A DNA stretch of 62,854 nt from positions 1 to 62,854 of the forward strand of contig JAHEDS010000007.1 of NCBI GenBank assembly GCA_024641135.1. Direction: 5' to 3'. The translations under genes were made by a program, and so were the position numbers. The notes under the pieces are model-generated. The model was not told the DNA's origin and did no database searches. It worked only from the letters and a program-made list of their open reading frames with translations. This DNA comes from Flavobacteriales bacterium. Lineage in GTDB: Bacteria; Bacteroidota; Bacteroidia; Flavobacteriales; Flavobacteriaceae. Shown one piece after another: positions 32,073-41,581 of the stretch (its first letter is position 1; every line of letters starts with the position of its first letter).

Positions 32073-33296
32073 TTATTCCATTAAATCTATATGCCTATCG
32101 TGGTAACCTAACAGATATAATACACCATCTAACCCTATGCTAGAAATAGAATTTTGTGCATTTTCTTTTACCGTTGGTTTTGCATGAAAAGCAATACCTA
32201 ATCCGGCCAAATTAAGCATTGGTAAATCGTTTGCACCATCCCCTACTGCGATAGTTTGACTAATATCAATACCCTCTTTTTTAGCTATTTCTTTTAGATA
32301 TTCCGCTTTTCTATTTCCATCAACAATTTCACCAATATAACCACCAGTTAAAACACCATCTATTATTTCTAATTCATTGGCAAACATATAATCCATTCCC
32401 AATTCTTTTTGAAGGTAGTTTCCAAAGTAAGTAAACCCCCCAGATAAAATTGCCGTTTTAAACCCATAACTTTTTAAGGTATCAATTAATCTCCTGGCTC
32501 CTTTGGTTATAGGAAGGTTAATGGCTACTTCATGAAGTGTGTCTTCACTCAATCCTTTTAGCAACTTCATTCGTCGTTTAAAACTTTCTTTAAAATCAAT
32601 TTCTCCTTGCATTGCGGCTTCAGTAATAGCCTTCACTTCATCTCCTACACCAGCAAGTTCAGCCAATTTATCTATAACTTCTGCTTGTATTAATGTTGAA
32701 TCCATATCGAAACAAACCAATCGTCTATTTCGTCTAAAAATATTATCTTCTTGAAATGCAATATCTACATCTAATTCTCTTGAGATACGCATAAATTTTT
32801 CTGTAAACTCACGTTTATCTTCTATTTTACCTCTTATAGATAGTTGTATACAGGCTCTAGGATATTCCTGCTCTTTAACAAGTGACGTGCGCCCTGTTAA
32901 CCTTTTTATAGAGTCTATATTTAAATTCTTATCGGAAATTATTTTAGTGACTTCAGATATTTGTTCGGCAGCTAGTTTTTCTCCGAGAATGGTGACTATA
33001 TAGCGATCTTTACCTTGAAGACCTACCCATTTTTCATAATTTTCTAATGAAATTGGTGTGAACTTAGCTTTAATCCCAAGTTCATATGATTTAAAAAGTA
33101 AATCTTTTAATACAGAAGCAGAATTTGCTCCAGATTCAATTTCGAATAAAATACCTAAAGATAATGTATCGTGAATGTTAGCTTGTCCAATATCCAATAC
33201 CTTAGCATCGTATATCGCTAAAACACTTGTTAAACTTGAAGTTAATCCTGGTTTATCCTGTCCCGAAATATTTAACAGAAAAATCTCATTAGCCAT
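32073..33296 (-). CDS. serB: Phosphoserine phosphatase with N-terminal ACT domains
   Basis: GQDKPG ACT start, HAD motifs FDMDSTL, SGGF and GDGANDL. Confidence 0.95.
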   Translation of the reverse strand: MANEIFLLNISGQDKPGLTSSLTSVLAIYDAKVLDIGQANIHDTLSLGILFEIESGANSASVLKDLLFKSYELGIKAKFTPISLENYEKWVGLQGKDRYIVTILGEKLAAEQISEVTKIISDKNLNIDSIKRLTGRTSLVKEQEYPRACIQLSIRGKIEDKREFTEKFMRISRELDVDIAFQEDNIFRRNRRLVCFDMDSTLIQAEVIDKLAELAGVGDEVKAITEAAMQGEIDFKESFKRRMKLLKGLSEDTLHEVAINLPITKGARRLIDTLKSYGFKTAILSGGFTYFGNYLQKELGMDYMFANELEIIDGVLTGGYIGEIVDGNRKAEYLKEIAKKEGIDISQTIAVGDGANDLPMLNLAGLGIAFHAKPTVKENAQNSISSIGLDGVLYLLGYHDRHIDLME

Positions 33297-33417
33297 AATT
33301 TCATCTTTACTTTTTGCAAGTCGTAAAAATCAATATTCTATTTGAGATATAAAAGTTTTTTTAGATATAAACCTAAATACTTTATTTAATAAAATTCCTT
33401 AATAAAGTCAGATAAGA

Positions 33418-33903
33418 TTATTTAACAAATCTATTGTGCCAACTGTCGCTAGCAGGAACTTCCCAATTTTCTTTAAATTCAGCAATATTATTGACTAAAT
33501 TATTAAATACAATCGTATTTTTTGAGACTGCTTTTTCTTTAGCCATCTTTCTAAAATCGGTTAAAGTTTTATAAGCAATATATTCACCTTGTTTATAAGA
33601 AACATTCATTTTATCTAACAAATCTACAGAAAAATCTTTTTCTAATTGCTGAATAAAATGAACAGAAGAATCAATAGAGCAGCCTGTTGCTCTATTTAAG
33701 TTTTGATTTAATCCAATAACTATAAAACGCTTATATTTAATACAATAACCAGATTCCAAATCTCCTCCATGGGCTGTCCAGTTCTGAATAAACTCCTGTA
33801 ATCTCTTTTCAAGTTGTTCAATTTCCTGTTCTGAAAAAGAACGATTGGCTTGATATATCCATACTCTGGATTCATCAGGTAATGTATTAAAATCTACTAG
33901 CAT
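33418..33903 (-). CDS. Conserved hypothetical protein
   Basis: 161 aa with SRVWIYQ, WTAHG, ATGCSIDS and SWH segments. No P-loop. Confidence 0.85.
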   Translation of the reverse strand: MLVDFNTLPDESRVWIYQANRSFSEQEIEQLEKRLQEFIQNWTAHGGDLESGYCIKYKRFIVIGLNQNLNRATGCSIDSSVHFIQQLEKDFSVDLLDKMNVSYKQGEYIAYKTLTDFRKMAKEKAVSKNTIVFNNLVNNIAEFKENWEVPASDSWHNRFVK

Positions 33904-33906
33904 TTT

Positions 33907-34065
33907 TTATTTTTTAAAGTAATTTATTCGTCCGCTGATAACTAAACCTATTCCTAAACCAATCAAAACTCCAGAAATAAAATCTATTCCTTCATTCTCA
34001 TTATAAATTTTAATAAAGACTCCAATTAACAGAAGAATAGTTCCGAAGATTCTAAATTTATTCAT
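33907..34065 (-). CDS. 52-aa two-TM small membrane protein (not in ORF track)
   Basis: MNKFRIFGTILLLIGVFIKIYNENEGIDFISGVLIGLGIGLVISGRINYFKK. Fills the gap with 7-nt and 3-nt spacers to co-oriented neighbours. Confidence 0.75.
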   Translation of the reverse strand: MNKFRIFGTILLLIGVFIKIYNENEGIDFISGVLIGLGIGLVISGRINYFKK

Positions 34066-34072
34066 TTAAAGA

Positions 34073-34864
34073 TTATAAATCTTGGGCATTAGCAATTAAT
34101 TCAGCAATATCCATAACAGCTACGTCACTTTCTTTTTCTTTTACTTTAATACCATCAGTCATCATGGTATTACAAAATGGGCAACCTGCTGCAATTATTT
34201 CAGGTTGTATTTCAAGTGCTTCCTCTGTACGTGCTATATTTACTTCCTTATCTCCTTTTTCAGCATCCTTAAACATCTGAGCACCTCCTGCTCCACAACA
34301 GAGCCCGGTCTTTTTACAGTTCTTCATTTCAATAAGTTCTGCTTCCAATTTGATAATTAAATCTCTTGGCGCTTCATAAACATTATTTGCTCTACCTAAA
34401 TAGCACGGATCATGAAATGTAATTTTCTTCCCTTTAAATTTACCACCCTCTATGGTCAATCTGCCATCATCAAGTAAACTCTTTAAAAACTCAGTATGAT
34501 GCATTACTTCATATGTCCCACCGAGTTCTGGGTATTCATTTTTTATGGTATTAAAACAGTGTGGACAAGCGGTAACTATCTTTTTTATTTCATAAGCATT
34601 AAGTACTTCTATATTTGTAACAGCCTGCATTTGGAATAAAAACTCATTACCTGCGCGTTTAGCGGGATCACCTGTACAACTTTCTTCGGTTCCTAAAACT
34701 GCAAATTCTACTTGTGCTTTATTTAAAAGTTTTACGAAAGCTTTTGTTATCTTTTTTGCCCTGTCATCAAAACTGCCGGCACAACCTACCCAAAATAAAA
34801 CTTCTGGTTGTTTGCCTTGAGCCATAAATTCAGCCATGGTTGGCACTTTAAGTAATTCGCTCAT
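34073..34864 (-). CDS. CCG-domain Fe-S oxidoreductase subunit (HdrD/GlpC/FadF C-terminal-like)
   Basis: WVGCAG, ESCTGD, TACPHC, HDPCYLGR, CCGAGG and GCPFC. Confidence 0.9.
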   Translation of the reverse strand: MSELLKVPTMAEFMAQGKQPEVLFWVGCAGSFDDRAKKITKAFVKLLNKAQVEFAVLGTEESCTGDPAKRAGNEFLFQMQAVTNIEVLNAYEIKKIVTACPHCFNTIKNEYPELGGTYEVMHHTEFLKSLLDDGRLTIEGGKFKGKKITFHDPCYLGRANNVYEAPRDLIIKLEAELIEMKNCKKTGLCCGAGGAQMFKDAEKGDKEVNIARTEEALEIQPEIIAAGCPFCNTMMTDGIKVKEKESDVAVMDIAELIANAQDL

Positions 34865-34910
34865 TTGTTATTATATTTTTTGAATTTGTACGCCTTAAAC
34901 ATGAATTTCT

Positions 34911-36212
34911 CTATTCGTTTTTCCAATTGAGTCTGTCCATTTGATTATAAGGCCATGGCGCTCCATTATTTTCAATATTTGTCATCATATTATTCAGTTC
35001 TACTGGCGCTGCCGATTGTTCCATAACTAAATAACGGCGCATATCTAAAATGATTGATAATGGATTAATACTAACCGGACATGCCTCAACACAGGCATTA
35101 CAGGAGGTACAAGCCCATAATTCTTCTCTTGTGATATAATTATCTAATAATTGCTTCTGATCATCGACAAAAGTCCCCTTATTAGTATCTATATTTTTAC
35201 CAACCTCTTCTAACCGATCCCTGGTATCCATCATAATTTTACGAGGTGATAATTTTTTACCTGTTTGATTGGCAGGACATTCACTTGTACAACGTCCGCA
35301 CTCTGTACAAGTATAGGCGTTTAGCAATTGTACCCAGTTTAAATCCTGAACATCACTAGCTCCAAATTTTGCCGGTACTTCAGCCCCATCTGGCTGAGCA
35401 GCAAACGGATCAACATTAGGATCCATCATCATCTTAACTTCCTTAGTAACCGCCTCTAAATTATTAAATTGACCCTTAGGTCTTAAACTAGCATAAAATG
35501 TATTTGGAAAGGCTAAGAGAATATGCAAATGTTTGGAAAAATATAAGTAGTTTAAGAAAATTAATATACCAATAATATGAAACCACCATGCGGTTCTCTC
35601 GATAAGGTGCAATGAGTTTTCAGACAATCCTGTAAAAAATGGCACAATATATTGACTTATAATATTCCCTGAGTCCATAGCTTGAAAATGACTATCTGTA
35701 GCATTCATTATCAAGAATAAAGACATTAAAACCATTTCGAAGTATAAAATATAATTGGCATCATTTTTTGGCCAACTTGTCATTTCGCTTTTCCAAAAGC
35801 GTTGTATTTTCAATATATTTCTTCGAATCCAGAATACAATAACCGCAACCAAAACTAAAAGAGCTAATATTTCAAAAGAGCCAATTAAAAATCCATACAA
35901 CACACCAATTGAAGAAAATATTCTATGTGTACCAATTAATCCATCAATAATTATCTCTAGGACTTCAATGTTTATAATTACAAATCCTACATAAACAATA
36001 ATATGTAAAAAACCAGCTACTGGGCGTCGAACCATTTTGCTCTGCCCAAGAGCAATCATTGCCATATTTTTCCAACGTTGTGACTTATTATCGCTTACAT
36101 CTAAATCCTGACCTAATTTAATATTACGGATTAGTTTCTTTACATTTTTTGTAAAATATCCAATCCCTGCAACAAGTATTAAAGCAAAAAGAATATTTGG
36201 TAAATAATTCAT
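34911..36212 (-). CDS. Membrane-bound 4Fe-4S dicluster oxidoreductase subunit (FadF N-terminal-like)
   Basis: About 5 TM helices with conserved His (FLHII, WFHII, SKHLH), plus CTECGRCTSECP and CTSCNACVEACP. Confidence 0.9.
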   Translation of the reverse strand: MNYLPNILFALILVAGIGYFTKNVKKLIRNIKLGQDLDVSDNKSQRWKNMAMIALGQSKMVRRPVAGFLHIIVYVGFVIINIEVLEIIIDGLIGTHRIFSSIGVLYGFLIGSFEILALLVLVAVIVFWIRRNILKIQRFWKSEMTSWPKNDANYILYFEMVLMSLFLIMNATDSHFQAMDSGNIISQYIVPFFTGLSENSLHLIERTAWWFHIIGILIFLNYLYFSKHLHILLAFPNTFYASLRPKGQFNNLEAVTKEVKMMMDPNVDPFAAQPDGAEVPAKFGASDVQDLNWVQLLNAYTCTECGRCTSECPANQTGKKLSPRKIMMDTRDRLEEVGKNIDTNKGTFVDDQKQLLDNYITREELWACTSCNACVEACPVSINPLSIILDMRRYLVMEQSAAPVELNNMMTNIENNGAPWPYNQMDRLNWKNE

Positions 36213-36218
36213 GAATTA

Positions 36219-37151
36219 TTAATTAGTTTCTGGTTCCGTATAGGGTATTTCTTTCTTTGATAAAATTCTGAAATATCGCTTTGGGTGAAGTTTAATATCT
36301 TCTAACAATAATTCCATTTCTTTGGTGGCTCCTTCTAAATTTTTATATAAGGCGTCATCTTTTAGAAGTTTACCCATGGAACCTTCTCCATTATTAAGAT
36401 TAGTGAGGAGTGTATTTACATTTGCTAAAGTTGAATTCAATGAATCCACTGTATTTCCTAAATTCGCTTCTTTTAAATCAGACATCATAACAGCTAGTTC
36501 ACTACTTGTTGTTTTAAAATTTTCAAGGATAACTGCAATATTCTTATCATTTTCAGAAACAACACTATTTAATGAGTTTGAAAGATCTTTGAAAGACTTT
36601 AAAGTAGCATTAAGCTCTGAGATTGTTCTTTTTAAACCAGCATCAGACTCATCAATTACAATTTTATTGACGTTTGTTAAAAGTTCATCAGTTGTTTTTA
36701 ATGTTGTATCTAATTCGTTACTCAAACCTGCAAAGTTTTTTGAAAGACTTGTAATCATTCCAACCTGTACTTCTGATTCCAAGATATCACCAGGTTTTGC
36801 AAGTTCTCCTTCATTACTTACAATTATTGCAAGCGCATTACCACCCATTAATCCTGTTTCATAAAGCCTAATCTTACTGTCCTTTGAGAATTTCAACTCT
36901 TTATTAACAGTAAAGCCAATTCTGGTTTTTCCAGTTTTAAAATCATAAATGATATCTTGAATTTTCCCAACAGTATTTCCTTTAACTGTTACGACTGAAG
37001 AGCTGCTTAAAGCATTATAATCAAATTCAGTATAATAAACATTTTTGGGTTCAAAAAGGTTTTGACCCTTTAGATAATTATATCCAAAAATAAATAGAAA
37101 GATTCCTAATAATACGAGGACGGCTGTTTTAACTTCTTTTGTTATTTTCAA
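36219..37151 (-). CDS. MlaD/MCE family protein
   Basis: N-terminal anchor, MCE domain (VTVKGNTVGKI, GLMG), helical tail with GSMGKLL and HPKRY. Confidence 0.9.
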   Translation of the reverse strand: MKITKEVKTAVLVLLGIFLFIFGYNYLKGQNLFEPKNVYYTEFDYNALSSSSVVTVKGNTVGKIQDIIYDFKTGKTRIGFTVNKELKFSKDSKIRLYETGLMGGNALAIIVSNEGELAKPGDILESEVQVGMITSLSKNFAGLSNELDTTLKTTDELLTNVNKIVIDESDAGLKRTISELNATLKSFKDLSNSLNSVVSENDKNIAVILENFKTTSSELAVMMSDLKEANLGNTVDSLNSTLANVNTLLTNLNNGEGSMGKLLKDDALYKNLEGATKEMELLLEDIKLHPKRYFRILSKKEIPYTEPETN

Positions 37152-37203
37152 AGTAACTTTTTTTTATTAAAACAAATTTAAAATAAATTTAAAAAGAATA
37201 GGC

Positions 37204-38322
37204 TTAATTAGCAGTTGTTTTTAAAGCTTCTGAAACTGAAATCCGTTTCCCTTCTTTAAATGCTACAATAAAACTTGATTTATAACCCTTTAATTTAGCA
37301 ACATTTTCCATTTCTAAAATTTTATTATAATTAGTTGAAGAACCATAATAATACTTGTAAAGATTATTCTCTTTTTCATAAGAAATGTCTTCTAGTTGCT
37401 TAAAGTTATAAGGTTTTGTGTCTATCTTTCTGGACCCGGCAGCTATTTGTACCTTATAAACAACTGTTGGGCCACTCGTATCCTCAATAACATCTGGTTT
37501 ATTATCAGAGGCAATCTCTTCAGCAAATATTTCATCACCTACATTTTGATCTAATGTCTTTTTATAATTAATAATTGCATCAGTAATAGAATTTGAGATT
37601 TCATTTTGTCCTCTTTTTGAATTCAAATAAGAACCCTCAGAATCATTAGTTATAAAACCAGCTTCAATTAAAACACTCGGCATCACAGTTTGGTGCAAAA
37701 CAATAAAGCCAGCTTGTTTAACACCTCTGTCTTTTCGTTTTAATTTGTTCGTAAATTCATCTTGAATAAAACTCGCTAATTGTATACTTTGGTCTAAATA
37801 CTCTTCTTGAGCCAATGTTAAACTAATTACTGCTTCCGGAGAATTAGGGTTAAACCCTGCATATTTCTTTTCATAATCTTCTTCCAGATAAATTACCTCG
37901 TTTTCAGCTTTGGCAACATCAAAATTTGTTTTATTTCTGTGAATTCCTAAAACATAGGTTTCAGCACCCTCTGCCTGCGTGTGGTGCGCATTACAATGAA
38001 CCGATACAAATAAATCTGCTTTTGCCCTATTTGCTATTTTACCTCTTTCAAATAAATCAACAAAAACATCAGTTTTACGTGTGTAAATAACTTTAATATT
38101 AGGATTTTTTTCAAGTTCCGCCCCAATTTCCAATACGATTTTTAAAGCGATATCTTTTTCTATATAACCATTTTTTGTTGGTCTACCTGGATCCTTACCG
38201 CCATGTCCTGCATCAAGAACCACAATAAATTGATGTGTTCTTTTAATATTTGAGGTAACAAATGAAGAAAATAATATCAAACAAATAAATGATACGAAAA
38301 GTATAACTTTATGCGTTTTCAT
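37204..38322 (-). CDS. N-acetylmuramoyl-L-alanine amidase (Amidase_3) with SPOR-like C-terminus
   Basis: LDAGHGGKDPG, FVSVHCNA, PSVLIEAGF and YKVQIAA. Confidence 0.94.
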   Translation of the reverse strand: MKTHKVILFVSFICLILFSSFVTSNIKRTHQFIVVLDAGHGGKDPGRPTKNGYIEKDIALKIVLEIGAELEKNPNIKVIYTRKTDVFVDLFERGKIANRAKADLFVSVHCNAHHTQAEGAETYVLGIHRNKTNFDVAKAENEVIYLEEDYEKKYAGFNPNSPEAVISLTLAQEEYLDQSIQLASFIQDEFTNKLKRKDRGVKQAGFIVLHQTVMPSVLIEAGFITNDSEGSYLNSKRGQNEISNSITDAIINYKKTLDQNVGDEIFAEEIASDNKPDVIEDTSGPTVVYKVQIAAGSRKIDTKPYNFKQLEDISYEKENNLYKYYYGSSTNYNKILEMENVAKLKGYKSSFIVAFKEGKRISVSEALKTTAN

Positions 38323-38409
38323 AAGGGTTTTAATGACTTAATTGTAAGCTTTATTTTATTTTAAATTTTATTTAATAAAGAAATAATCTCAAAAAAAATA
38401 TATGTAATT

Positions 38410-41166
38410 TTGGCTTTTCAAAAACCGAGCCATACTTTTACAAAAATACATTTAAAAGCATTGCATACAAACAACTTTAAACTACTTTTTACATTAAGTT
38501 TTACAATGTTTATAAACATGTATAGCTTTAGTCAAGATATACCTAAAAAAGGGACTTCTATTGAACCAGTAGTTAAAGATAATTTGATTCTTAATACATC
38601 CGACCTTCCTCAAGTAAACGTTTCTGAAAAAGTACAAGACACCATTTTAAAGGACACTACTAAGACTAAAAAAAAAGAACTTTTAGAGCATATTGTTGAT
38701 TATAAAGCTACAGATTTTACTTCTTTTAATCAAAAACAACAAAAACTATATTTATATAAAGATGCCGAGATTACTTATGGCGATATGAATATAAAGGCAG
38801 GTAGCATAATTATTGATTATAGTAAAAATGAGGTGTATGCCAAGGGTATAAAAGATTCTATTGGAGATTATTCGCAAGCCCCCATTTTTAAGCAAGGTAG
38901 TAATGTAGTGGAGCCCGATTCTATTATTTTTAATACTAAAACACAAAAAGCCCTTATTTATAATTCTAAAACTGAACAATCTGGAGGAACCGTTATTGCT
39001 GAAATTACTAAAAAAGAAAATGATTCGGTTTATTTTATAGCAAGAGGAAAATATACAACAGCTGAAGATTTAGAAGACCCAGAATATTATATCTTATTAA
39101 GAAAAGCCAAGGTAGTTCCTGGTAAAAAAATTGTAACAGGTTTAGCCAATCTATTTATTTATAATGTACCTACGCCATTAGGTCTGCCTTTTGGGTTTTT
39201 TCCACAATCTGAAAAACAAACCTCAGGAATTTTGTTCCCTACGTTTGGTGAACAAAATCAACGTGGTTACTTTTTGCAGAACGGTGGATATTATTTTGCA
39301 ATTAGTGATTATGTGGATTTAGCGGTATTAGGTGATTACTATACAAACGGTAGTTATGGGTTTAGACTTGAAAGTAATTATGCTTTACGCTATAAGTTTA
39401 GGGGCAATTTTGGCTTTCGTTATGAAAATTTAATTGCCAGTGAACGTGGTTTTCCCGATTATTCTAAATCAACCGTATATAATTTACGTTGGTCACATAG
39501 TCAAGATGGAAAATCAAGTCCTAATTCACGATTTTCTGCTTCTGTTAACTTAGGTAGTAGTACCTATTATAAAACGTCTATAAACCAAATAAATACGGGT
39601 AGCTTTTTAAATAACACCATGTCGTCATCTGTGTCATATTCTAAGAGTTTTCAAGGTGATCCTCAAGTTAATTTCAGTGTTACGGCGACGCATCAGCAAA
39701 ATACAAATACTGAACAAATTAACATGACCCTTCCCACTTTTCAGGGAAGCGTTGGGAGGATATTCCCGTTTGCTCCTAAGACTGGGTCTAAAAAAGGAAT
39801 TATTCAAAATGTCAATCTTCAATATAACTTAAGAGGAGAAAATAGAATTCAAACAACCGATTCTTTATTCTTTAAAAAAGAAATGTTTCAAGATGCAAAG
39901 GCTGGGTTTCAGCACTCCATTCCATTAAGCACAAATTTTAAAGTCTTTAAGTATTTTAGTTTAAGTGCTAGTACCAACTACAATGAAGTTTGGACATTTA
40001 AAACTATCGAAAAATCGTATGATCAAACCGAAAATAATACTGTTACAGAAACTATAAATGGCTTTGATGCTTTTAGGACTTATAATTTTAGTACTAGTTT
40101 AGGGACTACTATTTACGGTATGTTCGATTTTAAAAAAGAGGGTAAAGATCCGAAAATACAAGCTATTAGACATGTTATGAGACCTTCTGTAAGTTATAAT
40201 ATTAATCCAGGTTTTGACAAATATTATGACTCTTATGAAGTTATTAGTGCCGATGGCTTAACAACAAAAGATGTAGAATATAGCAGGTTTGAACAGGGTA
40301 TTTTTGGGACTCCAAATAAGAATTTTTCTAGTTCCATGGGGCTCTCATTATCAAACACTTTCGAGGCTAAAGTAAAGGACAGAGACACTACGGCCACAGA
40401 AGCTAAAAAAATTACATTACTTAATAATTTAAATTTCTCAACTTCCTATAATTTTGCTGGGGACTCCCTTCAATGGAGTCCTTTAAGAATGACTGGTGGC
40501 ACTCAATTATTAAAGAATAAAATGAGTATCAACTTTGGTGCTACTTTAGACCCTTATGCACTTGATAATAACAATAACAAGGTTGGAGATTTCAATATTA
40601 ATAACGGTGGTAGTTTATTTAGACTTACAAGTGCTAATTTAACATTGAATTACTCTCTCTCCAGTAAAGATGGTAAATCAGACGACAAAAATCAAGCTGG
40701 AATTGATGAAAATATGCGAAGCGGTGGTCGTGATGATGGTTTATTTGGACTTCCGGATGGCTATACAAGTGAACGATTTGATGAAAAGAACAAGGATGAT
40801 GATGAAGAAAAAGTAAGTCAATTTTACAATTTTAAAATACCTTGGAGTGTACGAATTGCTTATGCTGTCAACTATAATAATTCTCGAAGACAAAATGAAA
40901 TTTCTTCACACTCACTAATGTTTTCTGGAGATATTGAACTTTCACCAAAATGGTCTGTAGGTGCATCATCTGGTTACGATTTGAAAAATCAAGGATTTAC
41001 CTATACTCAATTGCGTTTTGAAAGAGATTTATTAAGTTGGAGAATGAATTTTAGTTGGGTTCCTTTTAGTTCCAGAGCTTCGTGGTATTTCTTTATTGGA
41101 ATCAAATCTAATATTTTGAAAGATCTTAAATACGATAAGAGAAATCAACCGGATTTGCAGCTATAA
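38410..41166 (+). CDS. lptD: LPS assembly outer-membrane protein LptD (Bacteroidota type); start uncertain
   Basis: 918 aa with N-terminal beta-jellyroll-like region, PLGLPFGFFP, GYFLQNGGYYF and a long beta-barrel. Confidence 0.85.
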   Translation: MAFQKPSHTFTKIHLKALHTNNFKLLFTLSFTMFINMYSFSQDIPKKGTSIEPVVKDNLILNTSDLPQVNVSEKVQDTILKDTTKTKKKELLEHIVDYKATDFTSFNQKQQKLYLYKDAEITYGDMNIKAGSIIIDYSKNEVYAKGIKDSIGDYSQAPIFKQGSNVVEPDSIIFNTKTQKALIYNSKTEQSGGTVIAEITKKENDSVYFIARGKYTTAEDLEDPEYYILLRKAKVVPGKKIVTGLANLFIYNVPTPLGLPFGFFPQSEKQTSGILFPTFGEQNQRGYFLQNGGYYFAISDYVDLAVLGDYYTNGSYGFRLESNYALRYKFRGNFGFRYENLIASERGFPDYSKSTVYNLRWSHSQDGKSSPNSRFSASVNLGSSTYYKTSINQINTGSFLNNTMSSSVSYSKSFQGDPQVNFSVTATHQQNTNTEQINMTLPTFQGSVGRIFPFAPKTGSKKGIIQNVNLQYNLRGENRIQTTDSLFFKKEMFQDAKAGFQHSIPLSTNFKVFKYFSLSASTNYNEVWTFKTIEKSYDQTENNTVTETINGFDAFRTYNFSTSLGTTIYGMFDFKKEGKDPKIQAIRHVMRPSVSYNINPGFDKYYDSYEVISADGLTTKDVEYSRFEQGIFGTPNKNFSSSMGLSLSNTFEAKVKDRDTTATEAKKITLLNNLNFSTSYNFAGDSLQWSPLRMTGGTQLLKNKMSINFGATLDPYALDNNNNKVGDFNINNGGSLFRLTSANLTLNYSLSSKDGKSDDKNQAGIDENMRSGGRDDGLFGLPDGYTSERFDEKNKDDDEEKVSQFYNFKIPWSVRIAYAVNYNNSRRQNEISSHSLMFSGDIELSPKWSVGASSGYDLKNQGFTYTQLRFERDLLSWRMNFSWVPFSSRASWYFFIGIKSNILKDLKYDKRNQPDLQL

Positions 41167-41196
41167 TCCTTTATTAAATCATTAAATTGATATACA

Positions 41197-41577
41197 ATGA
41201 AAAAAATTATTAATACTACAAATGCACCCGCCCCTATTGGTCCATATAATCAAGCTGTTTTAAAAGGTAATACCTTATATACTTCTGGGCAAATTGCTTT
41301 AAACCCACAAACTGGTGACTTAGTTTTAAATGATATTAAAGCAGAGACACGACAAGTAATGGAAAATATGCAAGCTGTTTTAAATGCTGCGAATATGACT
41401 TTTGATGACGTAGTAAAAGCAACCATATTTATTACAGATATGAATGATTTTGGTCAAATTAACGAGGTTTATGGAAGTTATTTTAATGAAGACAATGCCC
41501 CTGCGAGAGAAACAGTTCAAGTAGCTAAACTACCTAAAAACGTACATGTTGAAATTAGTATGATTGCAATCAAATAA
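41197..41577 (+). CDS. ridA: RidA/YjgF family enamine deaminase
   Basis: APAPIGPYNQ, SGQI, PARETV and VEI. Confidence 0.92.
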   Translation: MKKIINTTNAPAPIGPYNQAVLKGNTLYTSGQIALNPQTGDLVLNDIKAETRQVMENMQAVLNAANMTFDDVVKATIFITDMNDFGQINEVYGSYFNEDNAPARETVQVAKLPKNVHVEISMIAIK

Positions 41578-41581
41578 TATT

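Noticed and set aside
33418-33903. ABC transporter ATPase, a label I recall for similar proteins
   Set aside because: It has no Walker A/B or signature motif and is too short.
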